Of a stretch of DNA of 63,171 bases, positions 1 through 9,470 are shown piece after piece. A program made the translations under genes and the position numbers. Numbering within the stretch: position 1 is the first letter of the stretch; each line of letters begins with the position of its first letter. The DNA is from Bacteroides faecis (GTDB taxonomy: Bacteria; Bacillota; Clostridia; Oscillospirales; Acutalibacteraceae): positions 1 through 63,171 of the forward strand of contig CAVFTC010000001.1 of the NCBI GenBank assembly GCA_963625295.1. The letters run 5' to 3'. Under the pieces are notes generated by a model. That model did not search any database. It had not been told where the DNA came from and worked only from the letters and a program-made list of their open reading frames with translations.

Positions 1-113
1 AGGTTGTACAAAAATTTTGTAGGCTTGCTGACGCAAGTCAAGGAATTTTTGTGCAGCATGACGGAAACAGATTCAAGCAAGGCGTGCGCCTTAATTGTGC
101 GGTATTGCCTTAA
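1..113. mobile_element. Partial copy of the ~168-bp MITE-like repeat, about 55 nt missing at the window start; same orientation as the 19247-19414 copy
   Basis: Aligns base-for-base with the distal part of 19247-19414 (AGGTTGTACAAAAATTTTG...GCAGCATGACGGAAAC...TTGTGCGGTATTGCCTTAA). Ends in the terminal TTGCCTTAA. Confidence 0.85.
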
Positions 114-1032
114 TTATCTCCCTTACATAATTTTCCGTGCTAATCAATTCATCAATTATCATGCGCTGATATTTGGTGAATTTTTTTCTGTCGCACGAGC
201 GTGACCAGAGGCTCATCGGAACGCCGAGCCTGTTCATATGGTACTTTGCCGTTTGCGGATAAGCAAGGCCTTCAATAAATGAAGAAAGCGTGAGGAAGCC
301 CTGAACTCTTTCGGCTTTTTCCGGCTCATTTTCATAATTTTCGCATACCCATGCATACAAATCGGGATGGAAATTGCCCATAACGCCCGAAAAGCCTGCC
401 GCACCGTGTCTGAGTGTGTAGAGGAAGGTCTGTGAGTTGGCGTTAAAGAGCTTGATGCTCGTTCCCTTGAGCTGTTCGAGTCTTGCGTCGAGCATATCGG
501 GGTCACAACAGGTATCCTTGATAAAGGCAAATCTGCCCGTTGAAATGCACCAGTCAAGAATTTTCGGAGTGAGGATTCTCTTGTAAGGATAGGGGCACTC
601 GTAAATGCCGATTGCGATATCCTCGGGAAGCCTTGAAAGAAGATATTCGGCGTTCTTAATCCAAACATCGTCGCCGTCGTTATGAAGGTCAAGCCTGTTA
701 CTGACCCACACAATGGCATCAACGCCCGTTTCAGCCATAGCTGTCATTTCCTTGATCTGGGCGTCCATATCGTCTGAATTGTGACCCGAAGCGACAACCG
801 AGACATTCTTTCCACTCTCCCTGACCGTTTCAACAACGGTTCTTGCGATTTTGACCTTTTCGTCGAGCGAAAGATAAATCATCTCGCTTGATTGACAAAC
901 GGCAAAGATGCCTGTACAGCCGTTGTCGATGTACCAGCTTGTGATGTTCTTAACCGCATCATAATCAACCGTGTTGTCGTCATGAAACGGCGTTATCATC
1001 GTCGGGTATGTTCCTCTGTTGATATTCTTCAT
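91..1032 (-). CDS. DapA/N-acetylneuraminate-lyase family class I aldolase
   Basis: 313-aa ORF with DapA-family hallmarks: TPF near the N-terminus and the Schiff-base lysine context AFIKDT. The last six codons plus stop (KAIPHN*) are encoded by the repeat at 1-113. Confidence 0.85.
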   Translation of the reverse strand: MKNINRGTYPTMITPFHDDNTVDYDAVKNITSWYIDNGCTGIFAVCQSSEMIYLSLDEKVKIARTVVETVRESGKNVSVVASGHNSDDMDAQIKEMTAMAETGVDAIVWVSNRLDLHNDGDDVWIKNAEYLLSRLPEDIAIGIYECPYPYKRILTPKILDWCISTGRFAFIKDTCCDPDMLDARLEQLKGTSIKLFNANSQTFLYTLRHGAAGFSGVMGNFHPDLYAWVCENYENEPEKAERVQGFLTLSSFIEGLAYPQTAKYHMNRLGVPMSLWSRSCDRKKFTKYQRMIIDELISTENYVREIIKAIPHN

Positions 1033-1181
1033 TGCGTAACCTCCGTCTTTTTCTGTCTATCTGCAATTGTGTTTTTAGGCAATACAATCCGCACTGTTGC
1101 CTTTATTACATTGATTATAAAGCATAAAATGCAAAAAATCAATTCAAAATTCGCTAACTGACAAAAAAGTGAAATATTTTG

Positions 1182-1211
1182 TTGAAATTGTTCGATGAAG
1201 TATGATATAAT
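1182..1211 (+). promoter_or_regulatory. Sigma-70-type promoter upstream of nrdR
   Basis: TTGAAA, 18 nt, TGaTATAAT (extended -10), about 37 nt upstream of the nrdR ATG. Confidence 0.5.
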
Positions 1212-1247
1212 ACATATAATCATTTAGAGTATTGGATGTGATCTTCA

Positions 1248-1709
1248 ATGAAGTGTCCGTTTTGCGGCTACTCCGAAAGCAAGGTTATCGATTCCCGACC
1301 CACCGACGAGGGCGAAAGAATTCGCAGAAGGCGGGAATGTATGAATTGCGCCAAAAGATTTACCACCTATGAAATAATCGAAAGCGTTCCCATAATCGTT
1401 GTAAAAAAAGATAAATCGAGAGAGGCTTTTGACCGCAACAAGCTTTTCAACGGCTTGCTCCGTGCATGTGAGAAGCGCCCGGTTTCAATTGAAACAATCG
1501 AAAAAATCGTTGATGAGATTGAAACAACGCTTCAGAATTCACTTGACCGTGAGGTTACTTCGATCCACATCGGTGAGCTTGCCATGGATAAGCTAAAGGA
1601 TACGGACGAGGTTGCGTATGTTCGCTTTGCCTCCGTTTACAGACAGTTTAAGGATATAAACACCTTTATGGATGAGCTTGCAAAGCTCCTCGGCGAAAAA
1701 AATAAGTAA
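1248..1709 (+). CDS. nrdR: Transcriptional repressor NrdR
   Basis: MKCPFCG...CxxC zinc ribbon followed by an ATP-cone; 153 aa, typical NrdR length and sequence. Confidence 0.95.
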   Translation: MKCPFCGYSESKVIDSRPTDEGERIRRRRECMNCAKRFTTYEIIESVPIIVVKKDKSREAFDRNKLFNGLLRACEKRPVSIETIEKIVDEIETTLQNSLDREVTSIHIGELAMDKLKDTDEVAYVRFASVYRQFKDINTFMDELAKLLGEKNK

Positions 1710-1725
1710 GCGAGATGACCGATTT

Positions 1726-2697
1726 ATGAAAAAGAAAAAGAATACAGCTCTCAAGGTAGGCTTGGGCGTTACGGCTGCCGTTTTGGCGGTCGCCGATTAT
1801 GCCTGCGACTATGCGATCAAGCGTCCCGATCCGACAAAGAAGAAAAAGCCGGAAACCCGTGAGATGTACATAAAGCGTGCCGAAATCAGGCGACAAAACA
1901 ATCAAAAGCTTTACGACCTTGACCCCGAGGATCTTACAATAAAGAGCATTTCGGGACTTGATATGAAGGCATGGTATCTTCCTGCCGAGAAGGAAACGAA
2001 GCGTTTTGTCATCTGCGTTCACGGTCACAAGTGCAACGGTCCCGATGAATTCAGCCATATGATGCCGTTCTACCACTATGACCTCGGCTACAATTATCTT
2101 CTCCCCGACCTCACAGGTCACGGCAGAAGCGAGGGCGAATATATCGGCTTTGGTTCATTTGACGCAAAGAATATTCTTCTCTGGGTAGATTATCTCATCA
2201 ATCGCTTCGGCGACGATATCGAAATAATTCTCCACGGAATTTCAATGGGTGCGGCAACCGTGCTCAACTGCAACGAAATGTCTCCGCCGGATCAGGTCAA
2301 GATAATCATCGAGGACTGCGGCTTTACGAGTACGGAGGCTGTAATGAACAACACGCTCAAGGATATGATAGGCTTCAAGTTTATGCCTATCGTTAAGCTC
2401 GGCAGCCTCGTCAGCAAGGTCAAGGCAGGATATTTCTTCTCGGAGAGCGATCCGCTTAAAAACATGAACAAGGCAAAGAATCCCGTTCTGTTCATTCACG
2501 GTGAAGAGGATACATATGTCCCGTTTGAATACGGCAAGCAGCTTTACGACGCTTGCCCAACGCCGAAGGATTATCTCTGGGTGCCAAACACCGTTCACGC
2601 CTTCAGCTACTATAACGCCAAGAACGAATACGAGCAGAAGGTCAAGGATTTCATTGCAAAATACATGGATAAAAAAGAAGAAGCTGTAACAGCATAA
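1726..2697 (+). CDS. Alpha/beta hydrolase with N-terminal membrane anchor
   Basis: MKKKKNTALKVGLGVTAAVLAV TM segment, nucleophile elbow GISMG, and HG..D catalytic context. I prefer the ATG at 1726 over the track start at 1672, which overlaps nrdR. Confidence 0.8.
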   Translation: MKKKKNTALKVGLGVTAAVLAVADYACDYAIKRPDPTKKKKPETREMYIKRAEIRRQNNQKLYDLDPEDLTIKSISGLDMKAWYLPAEKETKRFVICVHGHKCNGPDEFSHMMPFYHYDLGYNYLLPDLTGHGRSEGEYIGFGSFDAKNILLWVDYLINRFGDDIEIILHGISMGAATVLNCNEMSPPDQVKIIIEDCGFTSTEAVMNNTLKDMIGFKFMPIVKLGSLVSKVKAGYFFSESDPLKNMNKAKNPVLFIHGEEDTYVPFEYGKQLYDACPTPKDYLWVPNTVHAFSYYNAKNEYEQKVKDFIAKYMDKKEEAVTA

Positions 2698-2707
2698 TAA
2701 CATAGAC

Positions 2708-2734
2708 AAGGGCACAATCGTGCCCTTTGCTTTT
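2708..2734 (+). terminator. Rho-independent terminator
   Basis: AAGGGCAC-aatc-GTGCCCTT followed by a T-rich tail. Confidence 0.7.
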
Positions 2735-2744
2735 GGAGGCAAGC

Positions 2745-4019
2745 ATGGAATATAAAGATTTATCAAAGGAAAAGCTATTGGAAATAAAGAAAGAGCTTGA
2801 AGCCGAGTATGAGGCATTTAAGGCAATGGGACTTAAGCTTGATATGTCACGAGGCAAGCCGAACAAGGCTCAGCTCGACCTGACAAACGATATGCTTGAT
2901 ACGGTCAACTCGTCAAGCGATATGTCCGCCTCTGACGGCATGGAGACAAGGAACTACGGCGGACTTACGGGTATTCCGGAATGCCGCAAGCTCATGGCGG
3001 AGATCGTTGATGTTGACGAAAAGAATGTTATTCTCGGCGGTGTTGCAAGCCTTACGCTTATGTACGACTATATTTCTCAGTGCATGATTTTCGGCTGCGG
3101 CGGAAACGAGCCTTGGATAAAGCAGGGAGAAATCAAATTTCTCTGCCCCTGCCCCGGCTATGACAGGCATTTCGGAATTCTTGAGCATTTCGGCATCAAG
3201 ATGATAAACATTAAAATGAACGATGACGGTCCGGACATGGACAGCATCGAGGAATACATCAAGGATGAAAAGGTTAAAGGACTTTTCTGCGTTCCCAAGT
3301 ATTCAAATCCCGACGGAATAACATTTTCCGATGAGGTCGTTCGTCGTTTCGCCGCTCTCAAGCCTGCGGCAAAGGATTTCAGAGTAATCTGGGACAACGC
3401 CTACATTGTTCATGACCTCAACGACACACCCGACAAGCTGCTCAACATCTTTGACGAAGCAAAAAAATGCGGCAGTGAGGATATGTTCATCGAGGTTATC
3501 TCAACCTCAAAAATAAGCTTTGCCGGCGGCGGAATTTCCGCTGTTATCGCTTCGGACGCAAATATTGCCGAGATCAAGAAGCGAATGAGCATTCAAATCA
3601 TTTCAAACGATAAAATAAATCAGCTCAGACACGCAAGATATTTCAAAAATCTTGACGGCATAAAGGCACATATGAAAAAGCAGGCGACGATACTAAAGCC
3701 GAAATTCGATACGGTTACGGACGGCTTTGAAAAAGCATTTGACGGCACTGGCATTGCAAGCTGGAAAAAGCCTAACGGCGGATATTTCATCAGCCTGTTT
3801 GTCATGAAGGGCTGCGCAAAGCGTGTCGGAGAGCTTTGCAAGGAAGCCGGACTTACTCTGACAACAGTCGGTGCAACCTATCCCTACGGCATTGACCCCG
3901 ACGACAGCAACATCAGAATCGCGCCGTCATATCCCGATGTTGACGAGCTTCAAAAGGCAGTCGAGCTGCTTTGCATATGCGTCAAGCTTGCCGCCGTAGA
4001 AAAAATAACGGAAGAGTGA
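2745..4019 (+). CDS. PLP-dependent aminotransferase (class I/II fold)
   Basis: About 424 aa; SRGKP...LD motif region and the STSK lysine context typical of fold-type I aminotransferases. GGAGG RBS 5 nt upstream of the ATG at 2745. Confidence 0.8.
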   Translation: MEYKDLSKEKLLEIKKELEAEYEAFKAMGLKLDMSRGKPNKAQLDLTNDMLDTVNSSSDMSASDGMETRNYGGLTGIPECRKLMAEIVDVDEKNVILGGVASLTLMYDYISQCMIFGCGGNEPWIKQGEIKFLCPCPGYDRHFGILEHFGIKMINIKMNDDGPDMDSIEEYIKDEKVKGLFCVPKYSNPDGITFSDEVVRRFAALKPAAKDFRVIWDNAYIVHDLNDTPDKLLNIFDEAKKCGSEDMFIEVISTSKISFAGGGISAVIASDANIAEIKKRMSIQIISNDKINQLRHARYFKNLDGIKAHMKKQATILKPKFDTVTDGFEKAFDGTGIASWKKPNGGYFISLFVMKGCAKRVGELCKEAGLTLTTVGATYPYGIDPDDSNIRIAPSYPDVDELQKAVELLCICVKLAAVEKITEE

Positions 4020-4023
4020 TCCT

Positions 4024-5724
4024 ATGAACAAGCCCTTGTATGAAGTCAGAGAGTTTCACAATTTCAGAGAGCTGCTCAATCAAAGCGAGGAGCTTTACGG
4101 AAACAGCCCTGCATTCAAGATAAAAAACCAAATAGGTCAGATCCTCGACATAAGCTACACACGCTTCAAGGCTGATGTTGAGGCTCTCGGCACGGCATTG
4201 CTTGACCTCGGTCTTGAGGGCGAAAAAATAGCCGTTGCCGGGGCGAACAGCTATAAATGGTGTACAAGCTATCTTGCGGTTGGCTGCGGCGTAGGCGTTG
4301 TTGTTCCGACCGACAAGGAGCTCCCGTTTGACGACATTCTCAGCATACTGACCGTATCCGAAGCAAAGGCTGTCATCTTCGACAAAAAATTTGGAGAAAA
4401 GCTTCTTGATCATCGTGAAAAGCTGCCGAAAAATCTCATACTCATCTCAATGGAACAGAAAAAAGATTGTGACGGGATACTTTCCTACGACCTCATTTTA
4501 AACAACGGCTACCACCTTATCGGCAAAGGCAATTCGGATTACCTCGACCGTGAGGTTGCAGGCAACAAAATGACCGTTCTGCTCTTTACCTCGGGCACAA
4601 CGGGAATGTCAAAGGCAGTTATGCTCAGCGCAGATAATATCTGCTCCGATGTCAGAGCTATAATGGGATTTGTCAAGATCAACGAGGGTGAACGGATTCT
4701 TTCGCTGCTCCCTATACACCACACTTATGAATGTACGGTCACCTTCCTGTGCTGTCTTTACGGCGGTGTAACTATCTGCTTCTGCGACGGGCTTAGATAT
4801 ATCACAAAAAATCTTGAGGAATATAAGCCGAATATCTTGATCGTCGTTCCTCTCGTTCTTGAAAAATTTTACAAGCGAATAATGAAAGCAATCGACAAGG
4901 AACGGGGCGGTTCGGCAAAGGTTGCGCTTGCGAGCGCAATTACAAAGGCGGTCGGCGTTACAAAAATGGATGTCTCCAATATTTTCTTCGGGAAGATAAA
5001 AAAAGCCTTCGGCGGCTCGATAAGGCTCATCATTTCCGGAGCGGCGGGAATTGATCCGGAAATCATAAAAAATATGAACCGCTTCGGCATTCAGACCTTT
5101 CAGGGCTACGGCCTGACGGAATGCTCCCCTATCGTCATCTGCAACAGCGACAAGGATAACAAATACGACTCGATCGGTAAGCCTATCCCCTCTGTCGAAG
5201 CAAAGATTGTCAATCCCGATGAAAACGGAATCGGCGAAATCTGCATAAAAGGACCAATGGTCATGCTCGGCTACTATAAAGACCCTGACGCAACAAGGGC
5301 AACCTTTGACAGGAACGGCTGGTTTCATACCGGCGACCTCGGCAGAACCGACAAGGACGGTCATTATTATATCTGCGGCCGCTGCAAGAGCGTTATTGTT
5401 ACAACGAACGGTAAAAATGTTTATCCGGAGGAGCTTGAAAGTATGCTTCTCAGGGAAAAAGCGATCAAAGAGTGCATAGTAACCGGCCGAGAGGACGAGC
5501 GAGGCAACACTATTGTTTATGCCAGAATCTTTCCCGACCTCAAGGCGATCGGCGCAATGTACGGCAACAGGAGCATTACCGACAAAGAAATCAGCAAATC
5601 TGTTTCCGAAGCCGTCAAAAGCGTTAATTCACAGGTTGTCAGCTATAAATCGATCAAAAGATACGAAATCATCGATAAGGAGTTTGAAAAAACGACCACA
5701 TCGAAAATCAAACGGAATCAGTAA
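4024..5724 (+). CDS. AMP-dependent (long-chain-type) fatty-acid--CoA ligase
   Basis: 566 aa; AMP-binding signature LLFTSGTTGMSKAVMLS, and GYGLTE and TGDLG motifs. Confidence 0.9.
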   Translation: MNKPLYEVREFHNFRELLNQSEELYGNSPAFKIKNQIGQILDISYTRFKADVEALGTALLDLGLEGEKIAVAGANSYKWCTSYLAVGCGVGVVVPTDKELPFDDILSILTVSEAKAVIFDKKFGEKLLDHREKLPKNLILISMEQKKDCDGILSYDLILNNGYHLIGKGNSDYLDREVAGNKMTVLLFTSGTTGMSKAVMLSADNICSDVRAIMGFVKINEGERILSLLPIHHTYECTVTFLCCLYGGVTICFCDGLRYITKNLEEYKPNILIVVPLVLEKFYKRIMKAIDKERGGSAKVALASAITKAVGVTKMDVSNIFFGKIKKAFGGSIRLIISGAAGIDPEIIKNMNRFGIQTFQGYGLTECSPIVICNSDKDNKYDSIGKPIPSVEAKIVNPDENGIGEICIKGPMVMLGYYKDPDATRATFDRNGWFHTGDLGRTDKDGHYYICGRCKSVIVTTNGKNVYPEELESMLLREKAIKECIVTGREDERGNTIVYARIFPDLKAIGAMYGNRSITDKEISKSVSEAVKSVNSQVVSYKSIKRYEIIDKEFEKTTTSKIKRNQ

Positions 5725-5735
5725 TAAACAAAGTC

Positions 5736-5769
5736 CCCTCCTCATATCCTTTTGTGAGGAGGGATTTTT
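5736..5769 (+). terminator. Rho-independent terminator whose 3' arm also contains the SD of the next gene
   Basis: CCCTCCTCA...TGAGGAGGG followed by TTTTT, immediately before the ATG at 5770. Confidence 0.6.
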
Positions 5770-6180
5770 ATGTCCGAAAACAAACGAAGAAAGCCGACGG
5801 CAAGTGCAACAAATCTTACGGGAGTTGTTGTGTCGATACTTTTCGGTTCGCTTTTAAATATTATAATTTATGCCGCATTGTGCGCCGCTGCGTCGTTTGT
5901 TTGTCTCAAAGCCGACATCGGAACTGAATTCAACAAATATTTTATCTTTCTCATCGCCGGCATATCGGGCTTTTTCGGCGGCTTCAAGGCTGTCCGCACC
6001 GTCGGACGAAACGGGCTTTTGCTCGGTGCGGTCAGTGCGTTTCCGGCCTTCCTGCTCATTTTTCTTGTTTCTTCAATACTCAGCCGCACGGGTATTGCAT
6101 ACACCGGTTGGATAGCCGCTGCTGTCATGACTTTATTTTCCTCAGTCGGAGGAATAATCGGCGTAAACAGGCGCAGATGA
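5770..6180 (+). CDS. Small polytopic membrane protein (TIGR04086-like)
   Basis: 136 aa with four hydrophobic segments and a Gly-rich C-terminal helix. Confidence 0.6.
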   Translation: MSENKRRKPTASATNLTGVVVSILFGSLLNIIIYAALCAAASFVCLKADIGTEFNKYFIFLIAGISGFFGGFKAVRTVGRNGLLLGAVSAFPAFLLIFLVSSILSRTGIAYTGWIAAAVMTLFSSVGGIIGVNRRR

Positions 6181-6287
6181 ATATTTACAAAAACAATAAT
6201 TTCTGATATGATTGATGTACAAATTGCACATTAAGGGGCACGCATTGCTCACCACGCAAAATCGTCCCGAAGCAGGAGTTAAAAAGT

Positions 6288-7922
6288 ATGGATTTTATAA
6301 CAAAACAGGTTTCTTCACTTCAAAGAGTTTTTCTCGACGGAAAATGCAGCTTAAGCAAAATAAATCGGCTCTCCGCCTTAAAAGGCGAACGAATCTCATA
6401 TCAAATTGCGTACAAAAGCAGCGAGAGGTTTTTCGCAAAAATCGAACTTGACTCCCCTCTTTCGGAGTATTCCGTGATAAGAACGGTCATGAATGTTCCG
6501 TCCGAGCTGCCGGTATATAAAAGCGACTGCGGCCTATACGAAAGAACCGAGGCAGGTCTTTTTCCTGATGTGCTCCTACCTGTCGAAAATGATTGTGTGC
6601 TGATTAAGCCGAACAATTACTATTCTCTTTGGGTCACGGTCGAGCTGCCGAAGGATATTAACGCAGGCGAATATAATATCGCCGTCAGACTTTTGAAAGA
6701 CGGCGAGGAAGTAAGCGTCAATTCGCTTGACATTCATGTTATAAACGCTGTTTTGCCCGAGCAAAGGCTTATTTATACGCAGTGGTTTCATTGCGACGGA
6801 ATTGCAAATTATTATAGGACTCCCGTTTTCAGCGAAAATTTTTGGCAGCTTACTGAAAGCTTTATTAAAGCTGCCGTGCATACGGGCGTTAACATGCTGC
6901 TCACTCCGATTTTTACCCCTCCGCTCGATACTCAGATCGGCGGCGAACGGCTAACGATTCAGCTGACGGATGTGAAGCTTGAAAACGGCTGCTACAGCTT
7001 TGGATTTGAAAAGCTTATTCGCTGGGTAAGGCTTGCGCAAAAATGCGGAATAAAATACTTTGAAATGTCTCATCTCTTTTCTCAATGGGGAGCTGAATTT
7101 GCGCCGAAGATCATCGCCGATATCAACGGCACTCCGAAAAAGCTTTTCGGTTGGGACACCCCGGCAGCTTCGCCTGAATACGCCGAATTTTTGCACGCAT
7201 TTCTGCCCGAGCTGATTAAAGTTCTGCACTCTCTCGGAATCGAGAGGAATACCTTTTTTCACATATCGGACGAGCCTGACGACGAACAAATCAAGTCTTA
7301 TTCAAGGGCAAAGGAGCTTGTTGCACCGCTGCTTGAAAATTTCCCGATTATAGACGCTCTTTCGGATTACAGCTTTTATGAAAGCGGAATTATTTCCAAT
7401 CCGATCCCCTGCACGAACAGCATTGAAGCCTTCATCGAAAAAGGCTTTGAGCGTCCGTGGACATACTATTGCTGCGGTCAGGGCGAAAAGCTGAGCAATC
7501 GCTTTTTCGGAATGCCGCTCTCGGCAACAAGAATTATCGGCATTCAGCTTTTCAAATACGGAATTGAAGGCTTTTTGCAATGGGGCTTCAACTTTTATAA
7601 TTCTCGCTTTTCAATACGAAGCATAGACCCGTTTGCCGTCACCGACGCCGACTCGGCTTTCCCCTCGGGTGACGCATTCTCGGTTTATCCGGGCGAAAAC
7701 GGCGCATTGGAATCCGTTCGCAGCGAGGTTTTCTTTGAAGCATTGCAGGATATGCGAGCGGCAACGCTCCTCGCCGAAGCAATCGGAAAGGACAAGACTG
7801 TTGCCCTGATTGAAGAAAATTTCGGAAATATATCCTTCGAGGAATATCCGAGAGGCGTTGAAAATATGTTAATTTTGCGAGAATTTATCAACAATGCCTT
7901 GTACAATCTACACAAGCAGTAA
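6288..7922 (+). CDS. DUF4091-type glycoside-hydrolase-like protein
   Basis: 544 aa. The family assignment is from memory of DUF4091 proteins (TIM-barrel-like central region, C-terminal FLQWGFNFY region). Confidence 0.6.
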   Translation: MDFITKQVSSLQRVFLDGKCSLSKINRLSALKGERISYQIAYKSSERFFAKIELDSPLSEYSVIRTVMNVPSELPVYKSDCGLYERTEAGLFPDVLLPVENDCVLIKPNNYYSLWVTVELPKDINAGEYNIAVRLLKDGEEVSVNSLDIHVINAVLPEQRLIYTQWFHCDGIANYYRTPVFSENFWQLTESFIKAAVHTGVNMLLTPIFTPPLDTQIGGERLTIQLTDVKLENGCYSFGFEKLIRWVRLAQKCGIKYFEMSHLFSQWGAEFAPKIIADINGTPKKLFGWDTPAASPEYAEFLHAFLPELIKVLHSLGIERNTFFHISDEPDDEQIKSYSRAKELVAPLLENFPIIDALSDYSFYESGIISNPIPCTNSIEAFIEKGFERPWTYYCCGQGEKLSNRFFGMPLSATRIIGIQLFKYGIEGFLQWGFNFYNSRFSIRSIDPFAVTDADSAFPSGDAFSVYPGENGALESVRSEVFFEALQDMRAATLLAEAIGKDKTVALIEENFGNISFEEYPRGVENMLILREFINNALYNLHKQ

Positions 7923-7931
7923 CAAATAAAT

Positions 7932-7977
7932 CAATACCGCACATTTTGAACAAATCAATTTGTGCGGTATTGCCTTA
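7932..7977. repeat. MITE-end-derived hairpin (CAATACCGCACA / TGTGCGGTATTG) between convergent genes
   Basis: 12-bp perfect inverted repeat carrying the family terminus ...GTGCGGTATTGCCTTA. Confidence 0.8.
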
Positions 7978-7981
7978 TAAC

Positions 7982-8686
7982 TTATTCTGTCAATGCAGCG
8001 TCCTTTGAAAGCGTGAAATTAAACCTAATCGCCAGCGATTCAAAAAGCATCTGAATGGATTCGTTTGCGAGCGGAACAATATCCATGCTCAAGACCTTGG
8101 CTATTACCTCGTCCTGCTCCTCCTTCGGAACATTATATGCGCTCAGGCTCATTCTGAGGAAGCGCTCAAGCTTCTTTTCAAGTGAAAAATATTTGTCGCA
8201 CGGGCGGGACATATATGCTCTCATAATTCCGGCAGTGCCGATGTCGATCTCATAGAAATCGCTGACTGAATATTCAGGCAAATAAGAGCCAAAAATATCA
8301 TAAAGCTTAGAGGAGGTTTTCTGATAGATATACTCCGCAATGTGAGGCTGAGAATATGCCTCTACATAAATCTCCCTAAGGTGTTCGTCAAGCTCGGTAA
8401 CCGTTAACTGAAGCGCAGTTTCAACCGCATACAGCATAGCTCCGGAGATCTCGTTGTCGAAAAGGCTTTCGGTGATTTTGAACTGATTGTCAAACATGAA
8501 CTTAGCCAGTTCAAGAATTACACCGTCTTTTGTTTTAAAAATGTTGTAAAATGTGCTGCTCGTAACGCCTGCAAGTGAAAGAATTTCTTCATTCGTTGAC
8601 TTCCTGAAGCCGTTCTCGATAAAGAGCTTTACACAAACCGATAAAATTTTTCTTTTTGAATTTTCAGAACTGCGTGTTCTTGCCAT
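7982..8686 (-). CDS. TetR/AcrR family transcriptional regulator
   Basis: N-terminal HTH (KRKILSVCVKLFIENGFRKSTNEEILSLAGVTSSTFYNIFKTKD). The ATG at 8686 has an AAAGGAAGAG RBS. Confidence 0.85.
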   Translation of the reverse strand: MARTRSSENSKRKILSVCVKLFIENGFRKSTNEEILSLAGVTSSTFYNIFKTKDGVILELAKFMFDNQFKITESLFDNEISGAMLYAVETALQLTVTELDEHLREIYVEAYSQPHIAEYIYQKTSSKLYDIFGSYLPEYSVSDFYEIDIGTAGIMRAYMSRPCDKYFSLEKKLERFLRMSLSAYNVPKEEQDEVIAKVLSMDIVPLANESIQMLFESLAIRFNFTLSKDAALTE

Positions 8687-8801
8687 AACTCTCTTCCTTT
8701 CGGTGGATTGTACTCCAATGCTAACAAATTCCAACAAAAAAGTCAAGAGTTTTTTAAAATTTTACTGAAAAATATCTCATTTTTCGCTGTATTGGCCTGA
8801 A

Positions 8802-9470
8802 TTATGGCAAATCGTCAAACATTCCGAAGCCTGCAACCTCGCTCGTCGGCAAAGAAAAAACAATTGCCTGTGCTTCCGTATTTGCGCCTGCCTTTTCGAG
8901 AATTGAGCGCATGATATCTGATTTTTGCTCTTTTTTTGCAACTATGAGAATGACCTCTTTTTCGCTTGCGATAGAAACATTGTAGAACTTTTCCTCGTTT
9001 TTGCCTCCCTCGCCTTTTCCATGAAGGACGGTTCCTCCTGTCGCTCCCGCCGCTCTTGCGGCATTCATCACCATGTCCATTCTGCCTTCGTTCGCAATGG
9101 CGACTATCAACTCATATGACGGGTTGAATTCCGGCTTGCTGCCGATCGACTGAGTGCTTGCGTCAAGCTTTTCCATCGTCCTTTTTCCTCCTATGCTCTT
9201 TATCGGAACCGAAACGACAATTCCGTGACCCGGCACGCCGATAAACATATTTTTCTTCTGTTCTTTTATAAATCTTTTCAGCTTGTCGTTATCCGCAACG
9301 GAAAAAACGACGCGCTTTTCGTTGCTTTCAAGCCCGAGCAGGTCAAGCATGCTTCTGACCGCCGTTCCCCTGCCCCTGAGAATAACATTTATGGGAAGCT
9401 CAAGCTCATGACATATTTTTTTCAAAACGCCGATATTATCGGGATTGCATATTGAAATCACAAAATTCAT
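8802..9470 (-). CDS. Double P-II-like (nitrogen regulatory protein fold) protein
   Basis: 222 aa, overlapping by 4 nt with the upstream DUF1538 gene. This is the usual DUF1538 / P-II-like pairing. Confidence 0.6.
   Translation of the reverse strand: MNFVISICNPDNIGVLKKICHELELPINVILRGRGTAVRSMLDLLGLESNEKRVVFSVADNDKLKRFIKEQKKNMFIGVPGHGIVVSVPIKSIGGKRTMEKLDASTQSIGSKPEFNPSYELIVAIANEGRMDMVMNAARAAGATGGTVLHGKGEGGKNEEKFYNVSIASEKEVILIVAKKEQKSDIMRSILEKAGANTEAQAIVFSLPTSEVAGFGMFDDLP

Noticed and set aside
4-204. Apparently conserved peptides encoded inside MITE copies (ORFs 4-204, 13319-13615, 60267-60611, 60475-60666, e.g. ...IFRQVVQKFCRLADASQGIFVQHDGN...)
   Set aside because: The similarity is simply nucleotide conservation of the repeat. 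The frame is interrupted by a TGA in the 19247 copy and has no RBS. The ORFs also run out of the element into unrelated sequence.
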